DNA of 64,000 nt from Corallococcus sp. BB11-1. GTDB taxonomy: Bacteria; Myxococcota; Myxococcia; Myxococcales; Myxococcaceae. Where the stretch lies: assembly GCF_026626625.1 (NCBI RefSeq), contig NZ_JAPNJY010000032.1, positions 10,976 to 74,975 of the forward strand, read 5' to 3'. Position 1 is the stretch's first letter. Each line of letters opens with the position of its first letter. The notes below the pieces were generated by a model. The model ran no database searches, was not told the origin of the DNA, and worked only from the letters and a program-made list of their open reading frames with translations. The position numbers were made by a program, and so were the translations under genes. Below, in pieces: positions 37,370 through 46,909 of this stretch.

Positions 37370-39550
37370 GTGAAGCTGAAGACCGCAGTCGCCACCGCCG
37401 CGCTGCTCCTGCCGCTCGTGTCCGGAGCCGCGGGCAAGCCGCCCCCGAAGCCCGCCGCCACGCAGAAGCAGCCCGTGGAGACCACCTACCACGGCACCAC
37501 GGTGGTGGATCCCTACCAGTGGATGGAGTCCGCCACCGACCCCAAGGTGCAGCAGTGGACCGACACCCAGAACGCGTACACCCGCGCGACGCTGGACAAG
37601 CTGCCGGGACGCGAGGGCCTGCGCCAGCGCATCACCGAGCTGCTGTCGTGGAAGTCCCCCGCGTACGGGGGCCTGGAGGAGAAGGGCGGCGTCATCCTGG
37701 CGATGAAGTTCCAGCCGCCGAAGCAGCAGCCGACGCTCGTCGTCCTGGGCTCGCTGGACGACACGTCGAAGGAGCGCGTGCTGTTGGATCCCACGCAGGT
37801 GGACCCGTCCGGCAAGACGACCATCGACTGGTTCCAGCTCACGCACGACGGCAAGAAGGTGGCGGTGTCGCTGTCCAAGAGCGGCACGGAGAGCGGTGAC
37901 GTGTCGGTGTACGACGTGGCCACGGCGAAGGCGCTGGGCAACGACGTCGTCCCGCGCGTCAACGGCGGCACGGCGGGCGGCAGCCTCGCGTGGAACGCGC
38001 AGGGCACGGGCTTCTTCTACACGCGCTACCCGCGCGGCGAGGAGCGTCCCGCCATCGACCGCGAGGTGTACCAGCAGGTGTACTTCCACGCGCTGGGCAC
38101 GCCCACGGAGAAGGACGCGTACGCGCTGGGCAAGGACTTCCCGCGCATCGCGATGACGGACCTGGAGGCCAGCGACGACGGCAAGTACACGTTCGCGCGC
38201 GTGGCCAACGGGGACGGCGGCGAGTTCGAGCTGTACCTGCACGGCCCCACCGGCAAGTGGGCGCAGGTGGCGAAGTTCACGGACAAGGTGGTGTCGGCGC
38301 GCTTCGGCAGCGACGGCGCGGCGTACCTGCTCAGCCGCAAGGACGCCTCCCGGGGCAAGGTGCTGCGCCTGCCGCTGGCCACGCCGACGCTGGACAAGGC
38401 GACGGTCATCGTCCCGGAGGGCGAGGCCACGGTGCAGTCCATCCTCCCCACGAAGAGCCGGCTGTACCTGATGGAGCAGCTGGGCGGGCCGTCGCAGATG
38501 CGCATCGTGGACCTGGCGGGCAAGCCGCTGGGGCTGGTGCCCACGCTGCCGGTGTCGTCGGTGGGCGGCGCGGTGCGCCAGGGCGCGGACGACGTGCTGT
38601 TCGCCAACACCAGCTTCACGACGCCGGCCGCGTGGTACCGCTACTCCGCGGCGGACGGCAAGGTGACGAAGACGGCGCTGGCGCGCACGGCGGCCATCGA
38701 CATGAGCGACGTGGAGGTGGTGCGCACGGAGGCCACGTCCAAGGACGGCACCAAGGTGCCGCTGACCATCCTGAAGAAGAAGGGCACGAAGCTGAACGGG
38801 AAGAACCCGGCGTGGCTCACGGGCTACGGCGGCTTCAACATCTCCATCGCGCCCGGCTACAACCCCATGGCGGGGCTGTGGCTGGAGCAGGGCGGCGTGT
38901 ACGCGGTGGCGAACCTGCGCGGCGGCTCGGAGTTCGGTGAGGCCTGGCACCAGGCCGGCTCGCTCACGAAGAAGCAGAACGTGTTCGACGACTTCTACGC
39001 GTGCGCGAAGCTGCTGGTGGACCAGAAGTACACGCAGCCGAAGAAGCTGGCCATCCAGGGCGGCAGCAACGGCGGCCTGCTGATGGGCGCGGCCGTGACG
39101 CAGCACCCGGAGCAGTACGGCGCGGTGGTGGCGCGCGTGGGCATCTACGACATGCTGCGCACGGAGCTGACGCCCAACGGCCAGTTCAACGTGACGGAGT
39201 ACGGCAGCGTGAAGGACCCGGAGCAGTTCAAGGCGTTGTATGCCTATTCGCCGGTGCACCAGGTGAAGGACGGCACGAAGTACCCGTCCGTGCTCTTCAC
39301 CTCCGGGGCCAATGACCCGCGCGTGGATCCGTTCCACTCGCGCAAGATGGTGGCCCGGATGCAGGCGGCCACCAGCGCCCCGAAGCCCATCCTCCTGCGG
39401 GCCAACGCGGAGACGGGCCACGGCGCCGGCACGCCGCTGAACGCGCGCATCGAGGAGGAGGTGGACGTCTACTCCTTCGTCTTCAACGAGCTGGGCATGA
39501 CGTACAAGCCCAACGCGACGAAGAAGCCCACCGCGCCCGCGCCGCAGTAG
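37370..39550 (+). CDS. prolyl oligopeptidase family (S9A) serine peptidase, secreted
   Basis: Signal peptide; beta-propeller N-domain; catalytic GGSNGG nucleophile elbow; D and H in the C-terminal alpha/beta-hydrolase domain; GTG start. Confidence 0.85.
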   Translation: MKLKTAVATAALLLPLVSGAAGKPPPKPAATQKQPVETTYHGTTVVDPYQWMESATDPKVQQWTDTQNAYTRATLDKLPGREGLRQRITELLSWKSPAYGGLEEKGGVILAMKFQPPKQQPTLVVLGSLDDTSKERVLLDPTQVDPSGKTTIDWFQLTHDGKKVAVSLSKSGTESGDVSVYDVATAKALGNDVVPRVNGGTAGGSLAWNAQGTGFFYTRYPRGEERPAIDREVYQQVYFHALGTPTEKDAYALGKDFPRIAMTDLEASDDGKYTFARVANGDGGEFELYLHGPTGKWAQVAKFTDKVVSARFGSDGAAYLLSRKDASRGKVLRLPLATPTLDKATVIVPEGEATVQSILPTKSRLYLMEQLGGPSQMRIVDLAGKPLGLVPTLPVSSVGGAVRQGADDVLFANTSFTTPAAWYRYSAADGKVTKTALARTAAIDMSDVEVVRTEATSKDGTKVPLTILKKKGTKLNGKNPAWLTGYGGFNISIAPGYNPMAGLWLEQGGVYAVANLRGGSEFGEAWHQAGSLTKKQNVFDDFYACAKLLVDQKYTQPKKLAIQGGSNGGLLMGAAVTQHPEQYGAVVARVGIYDMLRTELTPNGQFNVTEYGSVKDPEQFKALYAYSPVHQVKDGTKYPSVLFTSGANDPRVDPFHSRKMVARMQAATSAPKPILLRANAETGHGAGTPLNARIEEEVDVYSFVFNELGMTYKPNATKKPTAPAPQ

Positions 39551-39629
39551 TCGGATTCATCCGCCCGTCCTTCCCCGAGTGGAAGGACGGGCATCTTCTT
39601 TCCTGCTTTTCGTGGCACCCTGCCGCCCC

Positions 39630-40052
39630 ATGAACCAGCTCATCCCCTTCCTCATCCTCTCGCCCATCCTCGCGGGCGGCCTTGCCTGGTTCACGCTCAC
39701 CCGCCTGGGGAAGCGGCGGAATGAACGCGCGAAGGGGTCGCTGGACGCGGTGGTGGCGAAGCTGCGCGGGCAGAAGGTGCTGGGCGCGGTGGACCTGTTC
39801 GTCCAGGACGTGTCCTGGTCCGGGGAGACGGAGCTGTCGCCGCAGAACTGTCAGGTCCGCGTGGTGATGGGCGGCCAGGAAGCCAACTCCATTCCGGCCC
39901 GCTTCGAGGTGGAGAGCGCGCCGGGTGCGCCCCGTCCCCCGGCGGCGGTGCTGGCGGCGCTGCGAGAGCTGGATGCGCAGGCGATGGCCACGCTGAAGGC
40001 GGGCGGCTGGGCATGGCAGCGCCCGCGCATCAGCTTCGAGCGGGCGGCGTAG
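39630..40052 (+). CDS. hypothetical membrane-anchored protein
   Basis: N-terminal TM helix (LIPFLILSPILAGGLAWFTL); no recognisable domain. Confidence 0.35.
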   Translation: MNQLIPFLILSPILAGGLAWFTLTRLGKRRNERAKGSLDAVVAKLRGQKVLGAVDLFVQDVSWSGETELSPQNCQVRVVMGGQEANSIPARFEVESAPGAPRPPAAVLAALRELDAQAMATLKAGGWAWQRPRISFERAA

Positions 40053-40071
40053 CGTTTCAGCAGCGGGCGGC

Positions 40072-40440
40072 TTGGGCGAAGCTCGTGACCCGCGATACGA
40101 AGAAGGCATGACGGCGCCCGCACTCTTCACCCTCGGCTACGCGGGCCTCACGCTCCTCGCCGATGTTCGCCGCAACCCGTTCAGCCGCGAGAAGGGATTC
40201 TCGCAGAACATGCTGGCCCAGAGCCGCGCGGTCGTCGGCATCCGTGACGAGCACCTGCCCGGGCTCGGCATCGCCTCCGTGAAGCGGAAGGGGCTCGCCA
40301 CGCAGGCCGACGTCAACGCACGCTTCGCGAAGACCGAAGCCTTCTTGGGCTGTCGCTGCACCGGGCCCGAGCTGCCGTTCGGGGGAAGCTGCTCCCGAAC
40401 GCCGCGCCATCCGAACCCGTACGCTGGAAGCGGGATGGCT
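40072..40440 (+). pseudogene. DUF488-family gene remnant (degenerate)
   Basis: Matches DUF488 blocks (LFTLGYAG, VDVRRNPFSR, GIRDEHLPGLG, KRKGL); appears to lack an internal segment and the conserved C-terminal Cys/His block. Confidence 0.35.
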
Positions 40441-40523
40441 TCGCAAGTCGCGAAGGTCTCTGCGCCGGAGCAGGCGAAAGCTGATGCGCCGCGGAGGCCT
40501 CAGCGGCCACGGGGAGCGCGGAA

Positions 40524-40652
40524 GTGATTGAGTCCCTCTTCGCCCGCGTGGGCTTCTCGCCGAACGACAACCCGCGCCAGGCCATCGAGCACCTCGACGG
40601 CCCGCTCTTCCTCGTCGCTGGTCCAGGCTCGGGCAAGCCGCGCGGCGTCTGA
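40524..40652 (+). pseudogene. UvrD/Rep-family helicase N-terminal fragment
   Basis: 42 codons (PRQAIEHLDGPLFLVAGPGSGKP) = helicase motif I/Walker A, then an in-frame stop; no downstream helicase body. Confidence 0.35.
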
Positions 40653-41092
40653 TGCGCGATCAAAAGCGCGGCGCTCACGCTCCACACCGTCGAGTTTGGC
40701 CTCTACCACCTGCTGGACTCAGCCCACCTCGTGCGCTCCATCTGGCGCGGTCGTCGTGCGCCGCACTATCGTTGGTGGATGGCGATCTTCTGGTACTTGG
40801 TGGTCACGCTGCTCGGCGCGCTGGGAACCCTCGCTTCGCTGCGCGTGCTCGAGCGGCTCGTGTACGGCGGTGGCAGCGGCTCTCTCCTCCTGCAGGCCGG
40901 CATGGGGCTCGGCCTCCTGATGCTGGCGAACAAGGCTCTGGGCAAGGCGCGCGCGCAGGGACGCTCGGCCCCGCCCACCGGGAGCAGTAAGCCAAATCCT
41001 TCCTAGAGCGGGGCGGACCGGTAGCATCCCGGCTCACGCTTCCTGGCTCGCCCGCCGCAGGATGCTGGAGGGCATCCGCGCCCGGTGCCAAC

Positions 41093-42181
41093 ATGGGCCG
41101 CATGCCCTCCTTCGACTCGCTCGACACGCCCGCCGCCCTCGTCGACCTGGACCGCGTCGAGCGGAACCTCCAGCGCGTCGCGACCTATGCGCGCGAGCAC
41201 GGGCTGCGCTGGCGGCCCCACACGAAGACCCACAAGACGGCGGAGCTGGGCGCGCTCCAGGTGGCGGCCGGAGCGTCGGGCGTCACGGTGTCCACGGTCC
41301 TGGAAGCCGAGGTCATGGCGGCGGTGTCCGACGACGTGCTGCTCGCGTACCCGCCCGTGGGGGCCCGCCGCCTCGCGCGGTTGCTGGCCCTCCCCTCCCA
41401 CGTGCGCATCACCGTGGCGCTCGACGCCGTGGAGGTGCTGGACGGACTGGCGCGTGCGGCCCGGGACGCGGGGCGCACCGTGGGCGTGCTGGTGGAGCTG
41501 GACCTGGGCATGCGCCGGGTGGGGCTGAAGACGCCTGACGAGGCCGTCGCCCTGGCCCGCGCGGCGGCCTCCACGCCCGGCGTGTCCTTTCGCGGGGTGA
41601 CGTTCTATTCCGGCCACCTCCGGATGCCCCAGGCGGAGCTGCCCGCCGCGATGCAGGCGCAATCCCAGACACTGGCGTCGTTCGTGGACGCACTGCGCGG
41701 CGCGGGCCTGCCTCCCGAGGTCGTGAGCGGCGGCTCCACCCCCACCCTCTGGCAATCCCACACGGTGCAAGGGCTCACGGAGATCCGCCCGGGCCTCAAC
41801 GCGCTGAATGATCGCAACAGCACCGTCATTGGCGCCAACGACTGGACGGAGTGCGCCTATTCGGTCCTGGCCACCGTGGTGAGCACCGCCGTGGCCGGGC
41901 AGGTGGTCATCGACGCGGGGGCCAAGGCGCTCGCCAAGGAGGAGGGGCTGGCCCCGGGGTACGGCGTCCTCCTGGAGCGGCCGGAGATCGTGGTGAAGAA
42001 CCTGTCGGAGGAGCACGGCCTGCTGGACGTGTCCGCGACGACGTGGCGGCCGCGCATCGGGGACCGGGTGCGCGTGGTGCCGAACCATGTCTGTGTTTCC
42101 GTCCCCCTGCACCCGCGCCTGCACGTCGTCCGTGAAGATCAGGGCGTGGCCACCTGGGAGGTCACGGCGCGCGGCTGGTAG
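41093..42181 (+). CDS. alanine-racemase-domain PLP enzyme (D-serine deaminase / D-threonine aldolase-like, DSD1 family)
   Basis: N-terminal PLP-binding TIM barrel with lysine (HTKTHKT); C-terminal domain with conserved HVC near the end. Confidence 0.7.
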   Translation: MGRMPSFDSLDTPAALVDLDRVERNLQRVATYAREHGLRWRPHTKTHKTAELGALQVAAGASGVTVSTVLEAEVMAAVSDDVLLAYPPVGARRLARLLALPSHVRITVALDAVEVLDGLARAARDAGRTVGVLVELDLGMRRVGLKTPDEAVALARAAASTPGVSFRGVTFYSGHLRMPQAELPAAMQAQSQTLASFVDALRGAGLPPEVVSGGSTPTLWQSHTVQGLTEIRPGLNALNDRNSTVIGANDWTECAYSVLATVVSTAVAGQVVIDAGAKALAKEEGLAPGYGVLLERPEIVVKNLSEEHGLLDVSATTWRPRIGDRVRVVPNHVCVSVPLHPRLHVVREDQGVATWEVTARGW

Positions 42182-42183
42182 GG

Positions 42184-43200
42184 CTACATGCTCAGCCGCG
42201 GATCCCTCGCCTCGCCCCAGTCCTTCACGCCCACCTGTGCCATCGCGGAGGCGAGCTCCTCCGCGAGCTTCGGCTTCGTCTTGCGGACGGCCTTGATGTC
42301 CTCGAAGTCGAGCTTCGGGTAGATGAGGCCCGCGAACACGTAATCCGTCACGTTGATGTCCAGGCCTCCCAGGATGGGGTGACCATCGCGGGTGATGGAG
42401 CTGGGCAACTGGTAGCACATGATGGACGTCTGGTCGGCCGGGGTGGCGAAGATGGACTGGTCATCCAGCGGCGTGAGCACCTGCTGGTCCACCGTGGTCT
42501 TGTCCCAGCCCTGCGTCGCGAGGAAGTACGCGTAGGCCTTGTCGGGATCGATTCGCGCCACCAGCTCGCGCCGCATGTGCTCGTGCGGGAAGCCGAGCGT
42601 GTGCCCTGCCTCATGCCGGATGACGCGGCTGTATTCGGACTCCGGGGTGCGCATCGTGAACCCTTCCAGGTTCATCGTCGGCTCGTCGGTGGGGATGAGC
42701 TTGACGTCCGTCCCCAGGTACGACCAGTAGCCGCCCGGCTCGCGGGAGATCCTCACCACGCCCGTCCCGCTCGTTTCGACGAAGGAGACACCGGAGCTCA
42801 TCGCCCAGGCGTTCAGGTGCTCCACGATGCGGGCGCGGAGGTCGGAGGGTGCGGACTCCATGAAGCTGACGGTCAACTGGCGGGTGGCCGGCCCCCAGTA
42901 CTTCGACGTCAGGAGCGCGATGCGCATCGGATCCAACGGGAACTCCGCGCCCACGGCGGCCATGGGACCCGGCAGCGGCGCATTGACCGGGTTGATCCTC
43001 CTGGCCACCTCCGCCGCCTTCACCAGCAGGCGGCTGGGGAGGAGCTTCAGCGTGCAGCCGCCCTGGCTCGCGGGCGTGAGCTGCGCGCGTCCGTGACCAT
43101 TCCCGTGCTCATGCGCTGTTGGACTGTCTTCCTGTGTCGCCTTGTGGACCACGTCGGCAATCCGTAGCAAGGCTTCACGGTATTTCTCTGCGTCACTCAT
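42184..43200 (-). CDS. metzincin-type zinc metallopeptidase (astacin/serralysin-like), no signal peptide
   Basis: Extended zinc-binding motif HEAGHTLGFPHEH (HExxHxxGxxHE). Confidence 0.7.
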   Translation of the reverse strand: MSDAEKYREALLRIADVVHKATQEDSPTAHEHGNGHGRAQLTPASQGGCTLKLLPSRLLVKAAEVARRINPVNAPLPGPMAAVGAEFPLDPMRIALLTSKYWGPATRQLTVSFMESAPSDLRARIVEHLNAWAMSSGVSFVETSGTGVVRISREPGGYWSYLGTDVKLIPTDEPTMNLEGFTMRTPESEYSRVIRHEAGHTLGFPHEHMRRELVARIDPDKAYAYFLATQGWDKTTVDQQVLTPLDDQSIFATPADQTSIMCYQLPSSITRDGHPILGGLDINVTDYVFAGLIYPKLDFEDIKAVRKTKPKLAEELASAMAQVGVKDWGEARDPRLSM

Positions 43201-43326
43201 GGCTCCTCCTCCACCCGTCCCTGGGGCACTCGTCCCAAAGGGAAAGGTGGAGACGGCCCCTGCGGCAACAAGGCCGCGAGGAGGCTTCAGGCCTTGCGTC
43301 CACCGGAGCGTTCCCGTGGACGGGTG

Positions 43327-44322
43327 TCAGAGGAGCCGCTGAAGTTCCAGGGTGAGCACCTCTTCCAGGTGCCGGATGTTGCGATAGACGAGGCAGCGGT
43401 AGCTGGACACGTCGAAGCGCAGCTCCCGCACGTCCCGCACCAGCAGGAGCGTGGGCTTGCCCCGCCCCCAGGCGTAGCCCACTTCCAGATACACGTTGGG
43501 GTTTGCCAGGGACAGGTCCGCGATGACGACCTTCGCGGTGTCGATGCGGTCCCGGATGCGCTGGATGATGGGGCCGTCGAAGGTGGCCTGATCCACCCGC
43601 TCGCAGAGCAGCCCGGCGGCCTTCACCGGCCCCAGGATGCCGTAGTGGTAGGTGTCCTCCAGCTCCTGGGCGAAGGGCATGGCCACGAAGGCATGGGGCT
43701 TCTCGTTGGAGTTCGCGCCCGCGCTGGCCATGGGGGCCGCCGCGACGAACCGGGGCGTGCGCCGGACGCGGAACCCCATGCCGCCGGGCAGTGGCTCCAC
43801 CCCCGCGGTGGCGCCCAGGCCTGTCGCCAGGGCCTTGCGCATCCGCTCCATGCGCTTGGGGTTGAGCTCCACCACCGTGACGCGCTCCAGGTCGCGCGGC
43901 CCCACGCCCCGCTGGAAGGCCTCCACGAAGCCGCCCACCAGGGCCAGCACGGCCTCGTCCTCGTCCAGCCCGTAGTTGGGGCCGTGCACCGTGCACGCGA
44001 GGTGGCGGAGGGTTGGTCGGGGCTCCAGGAGCTGGAGCGCGCGGACGGAGAACTGGCGGATCTCGTGGTAGCCGAACTGGCGCAGGCGCACCGTGCCCAG
44101 GAAGAGCACCCAGGGCGAACCCAGGCCCCCACGGGTCTCGATGAGGCGGTGGTCGCCGGGGAGCACCGTGAGGGTGTCCGTGGCGATGCCCACCCCCTCC
44201 AGCCGCCGGGCCACCGCGCCGTCCGCCCCGTGGAAGCCCTGCGCGTACTTCAGCAGCACGGCGTCCGCGGCCGTCTCCCCCACGTCCCCCAGGTCCACGA
44301 CGACGTCCAGCGTGTCTCCCAT
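43327..44322 (-). CDS. Macro domain + nucleoside 2-deoxyribosyltransferase-like (SLOG/TIR-like Rossmann) fusion protein
   Basis: N-terminal about 200 aa fits Macro-domain blocks (GDVGETAADAVLL..GADGAVA; PWVLFLGTV; LACTVHGPNYGL). C-terminal about 120 aa fits the NDT-like pattern (AFVAMPF..VVIADLSLANPNVYLEVGYAWGRGKP). Start at the ATG at 44322 is uncertain. Confidence 0.55.
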   Translation of the reverse strand: MGDTLDVVVDLGDVGETAADAVLLKYAQGFHGADGAVARRLEGVGIATDTLTVLPGDHRLIETRGGLGSPWVLFLGTVRLRQFGYHEIRQFSVRALQLLEPRPTLRHLACTVHGPNYGLDEDEAVLALVGGFVEAFQRGVGPRDLERVTVVELNPKRMERMRKALATGLGATAGVEPLPGGMGFRVRRTPRFVAAAPMASAGANSNEKPHAFVAMPFAQELEDTYHYGILGPVKAAGLLCERVDQATFDGPIIQRIRDRIDTAKVVIADLSLANPNVYLEVGYAWGRGKPTLLLVRDVRELRFDVSSYRCLVYRNIRHLEEVLTLELQRLL

Positions 44323-44571
44323 GGGGACGCAACTGTAGTCAGTCAGCCCGTCCGGCTCCAGCCGCGGGGATGCGTTCTCCTGGCCGCAGCCACCCCCTGG
44401 AAACAGCTCCACAATGCCTTTCAGGCTCCGGGGCCCAACACGACACGCAAGATTTCCGCAAGGCTTTGCAGGAACCTGCCCACCCGCCCGGCAGGCTTTT
44501 CGGCCCCCCGCCAGATGGGTGTGAACCATTTCACAGTTTCCGCCAGACCCAGTCGCTAGCGTCGCGGTACC

Positions 44572-45465
44572 ATGTCCCTGTTCGCGCGCCTCCAGGCCCT
44601 GCTGTCCGCCCACCCCGCCGCCCCGGAAGCTCGCGCCGGACAGGCGCCCGCGACCGCCGCCTCACCCTCCGCCCCCACGGCGGCGACGGAGGCGGAAGCG
44701 GCGGCCCCCGCGCCCCCCGTCTGCACGCGCTACCTCCAGGCGGGCCAGGTGGTGGTGCGCGAGGGCGACCCCGGCCACTCGATGTTCGTCGTGCTGGAGG
44801 GCCGCGTCGCCGTGCTGCGCGGCAACGACGGCGCCGCGAACACGGAGGTGGGCCGCCTGGGCGCGGGGGAGTTCTTCGGGGAGCTGGCGCTGCTCACCGG
44901 CACCAAGCGCACCGCCACGGTGGTGACGGTGGAGGACGTGGTGCTGCTGGAGCTGACCCAGGCCGGCGTCCGGGAGCTGGGCAAGGACTACGGCGTGAAG
45001 GGCGACGAGATGCAGCTGGCCGCGAAGGAGCGCCTGCTCGCGGACACCCTGCGCAGCAACCCGCTCATCGCCGCCCTGCCCCAGGAGGTGCAGCACGAGC
45101 TGGGGGATGCCTTCGTGCCCTGCACCGTCCCCGCGGGCACGACCCTGCTCACCCGGGGCCAACCGGGCGACGCGCTCTACGTCCTGCTGCGGGGCAGGTG
45201 CGAGGTCTTCCACACGCACGGCGATGGACGCCAGTCGCCCTACCCGCTGCTGGAGGAAGGCGCCCTCTTCGGGGAGATCTCCCTGCTGCGCAGCCGGCTG
45301 GCCACCGCCACCGTGCGCACGGTGACGCCGTGCACGCTGCTCAAGCTGGAGCGCGAGGTGTTCCGCAAGGCGTTCCTGGGCCAGCCCGACCTGCGGGGCG
45401 CCCTGGTGCGCCTGGGCCTGGAGCGGCTCAAGAACACCATCGAGGTCATGGGCGACGCGAAGTAG
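44572..45465 (+). CDS. tandem cyclic-nucleotide-binding (CAP-ED x2) protein
   Basis: Two cNMP-binding cassettes (GEFFGELALLTG..RTATV and GALFGEISLL..RLATATV); no DNA-binding or other output domain. Confidence 0.8.
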   Translation: MSLFARLQALLSAHPAAPEARAGQAPATAASPSAPTAATEAEAAAPAPPVCTRYLQAGQVVVREGDPGHSMFVVLEGRVAVLRGNDGAANTEVGRLGAGEFFGELALLTGTKRTATVVTVEDVVLLELTQAGVRELGKDYGVKGDEMQLAAKERLLADTLRSNPLIAALPQEVQHELGDAFVPCTVPAGTTLLTRGQPGDALYVLLRGRCEVFHTHGDGRQSPYPLLEEGALFGEISLLRSRLATATVRTVTPCTLLKLEREVFRKAFLGQPDLRGALVRLGLERLKNTIEVMGDAK

Positions 45466-46047
45466 TCAGCCGTGGAGCGTCTCGCCGGCTTCGAGCATGG
45501 CGACGAACTTCTCCAGCCGGCGCACGCGGGTCTCCGGCTTCTTCGCGCCGTGGAGCCGGTACAGGATGGCGTAGCGGTTGGCGCTCTTGAGCGTGGCGAA
45601 GAACGCCTTCGCCTTGGGGTTCGCGTCCAGCGCGCGCAGGAGGTCCTCCGGGACGACGATGTCCTTCGCCCCCGCGTACGCCGCCTCCCACCGGCCATCC
45701 GCCCGGGCCGCCTCCACCTCGCGCAGGCCCGCGGACCGCATCCGCCCGGCGGCGACGAGCACGTCCACCTTGCCGCAGTTGATCTTCGACCACCGGCTCC
45801 GGGGACCCCGGGGCGTGAAGCGCTGGAGCCAGTACTGCGCGTCGAACGCGTCCTTCTGCCCGTCGATCCAGCCGTAGCAGAGCGCCACGTCCAGGGCCTG
45901 GGCATACGTCACGGACGCGATGCCCGAGTCCACCTTCGCGAGCTTCATCCACAGCCCGGGCGCGTCAGTGTGGTGCTTCTCCAGCCACGTCTCCCACGCC
46001 TGCTGCGACGCGAACGGTACGACGGGCAGCTCCTGCTTCGCCTTCAT
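45466..46047 (-). CDS. YdeI/OmpD-associated family protein (DUF1801-like)
   Basis: 193 aa with YdeI-family blocks (PGLWMKLAK..YGWIDGQK..RFTPRGPRSRWSKIN). Confidence 0.6.
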   Translation of the reverse strand: MKAKQELPVVPFASQQAWETWLEKHHTDAPGLWMKLAKVDSGIASVTYAQALDVALCYGWIDGQKDAFDAQYWLQRFTPRGPRSRWSKINCGKVDVLVAAGRMRSAGLREVEAARADGRWEAAYAGAKDIVVPEDLLRALDANPKAKAFFATLKSANRYAILYRLHGAKKPETRVRRLEKFVAMLEAGETLHG

Positions 46048-46144
46048 CCGGCCATCCCTCCACGGGGCGGGGTTCAGGACACTCCCGCCGACAAAAGCCT
46101 GCCCGGCACTCTACCGGCGGAAGGCAGCCGGAGCGGAAGCGGTT

Positions 46145-46891
46145 ATGAACAGCGCCATGGCCGACTCCACCTCCCGTGCCCCGCCCCCGCCGAACGCCGT
46201 GCCGCCCTCGCTCGCCCGCGTGGCCTTCCACGCCGTGGCGGCCGGCCTCACGCCGCTCATCCCCGTGCCCTTCCTGGACGACTACGCCCTGCGCCAGGTG
46301 CGCGAGCAGGCCGTGCGCGACCAGCTCAAGGAGCGGGGCCTCAAGGCCCCGGACAAGACCGTGGAGCTGCTGGCCGGCTCCAACGAGGCCCGCGGCCTGG
46401 GCGGACGGCTCATGTCCTATCTGAAAGCCGTGGCCCTGTTCCCGGTGCGCAAGGTGTTCCGCAAGGTCTTCTTCGTCCTCTGGGTGAAGGACTGCGTGGA
46501 CCTCACCTCCGCGTGCCTGCACCACGGCTACCTGCTGCACCACGCCCTGGAGCGCGGCGACCTGGACGCCACCTCCCTCCAGGGGGACGCGCCCCGGAAG
46601 GTGCAGGCCGCCATCCTCGCCGCCTGCCAGCAGGTGGATGCCCGCCCCATCAACCAGGCCCTGCGCCGCCTCTTCCGCAGCAGCCGGCTGCTGATGGCCG
46701 AGGCCACCCGCGCCCTGCTGGATCCGAAGAAGGGCCCCCGCGTGCCCGACCGCGAGGGCGAGAGCGCGGAGGTGAAGTCCCTCACCGACCGGCTCCTCCA
46801 GGAGCTGTGGGAGGAGCGCGGCTACTTCACCGCGCTGGAGGGCCACTACGAGCGCTTCCTCCAGAGCAACCTGAAGACCACCGGCACCTGA
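46145..46891 (+). CDS. hypothetical protein
   Basis: 248-aa ORF with coding-like composition; no recognisable motif. Confidence 0.4.
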   Translation: MNSAMADSTSRAPPPPNAVPPSLARVAFHAVAAGLTPLIPVPFLDDYALRQVREQAVRDQLKERGLKAPDKTVELLAGSNEARGLGGRLMSYLKAVALFPVRKVFRKVFFVLWVKDCVDLTSACLHHGYLLHHALERGDLDATSLQGDAPRKVQAAILAACQQVDARPINQALRRLFRSSRLLMAEATRALLDPKKGPRVPDREGESAEVKSLTDRLLQELWEERGYFTALEGHYERFLQSNLKTTGT

Positions 46892-46909
46892 GACGGCGGG
46901 CCCGCGCCC

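Noticed and set aside
35959-39421. Long minus-strand ORFs (508 aa and 798 aa) antisense to the PBP4 and prolyl-oligopeptidase genes
   Set aside because: No motifs and extreme R/G/H composition. The plus-strand genes have clear catalytic motifs (SxxK/KTG; GGSNGG).
41003-44332. Minus/plus antisense ORFs 41003..42418, 42379..43167, 43193..44332 and 43294..44559 overlapping the alanine-racemase-domain, metzincin and Macro-fusion genes
   Set aside because: Shadow ORFs. The chosen frames carry recognisable domain signatures.
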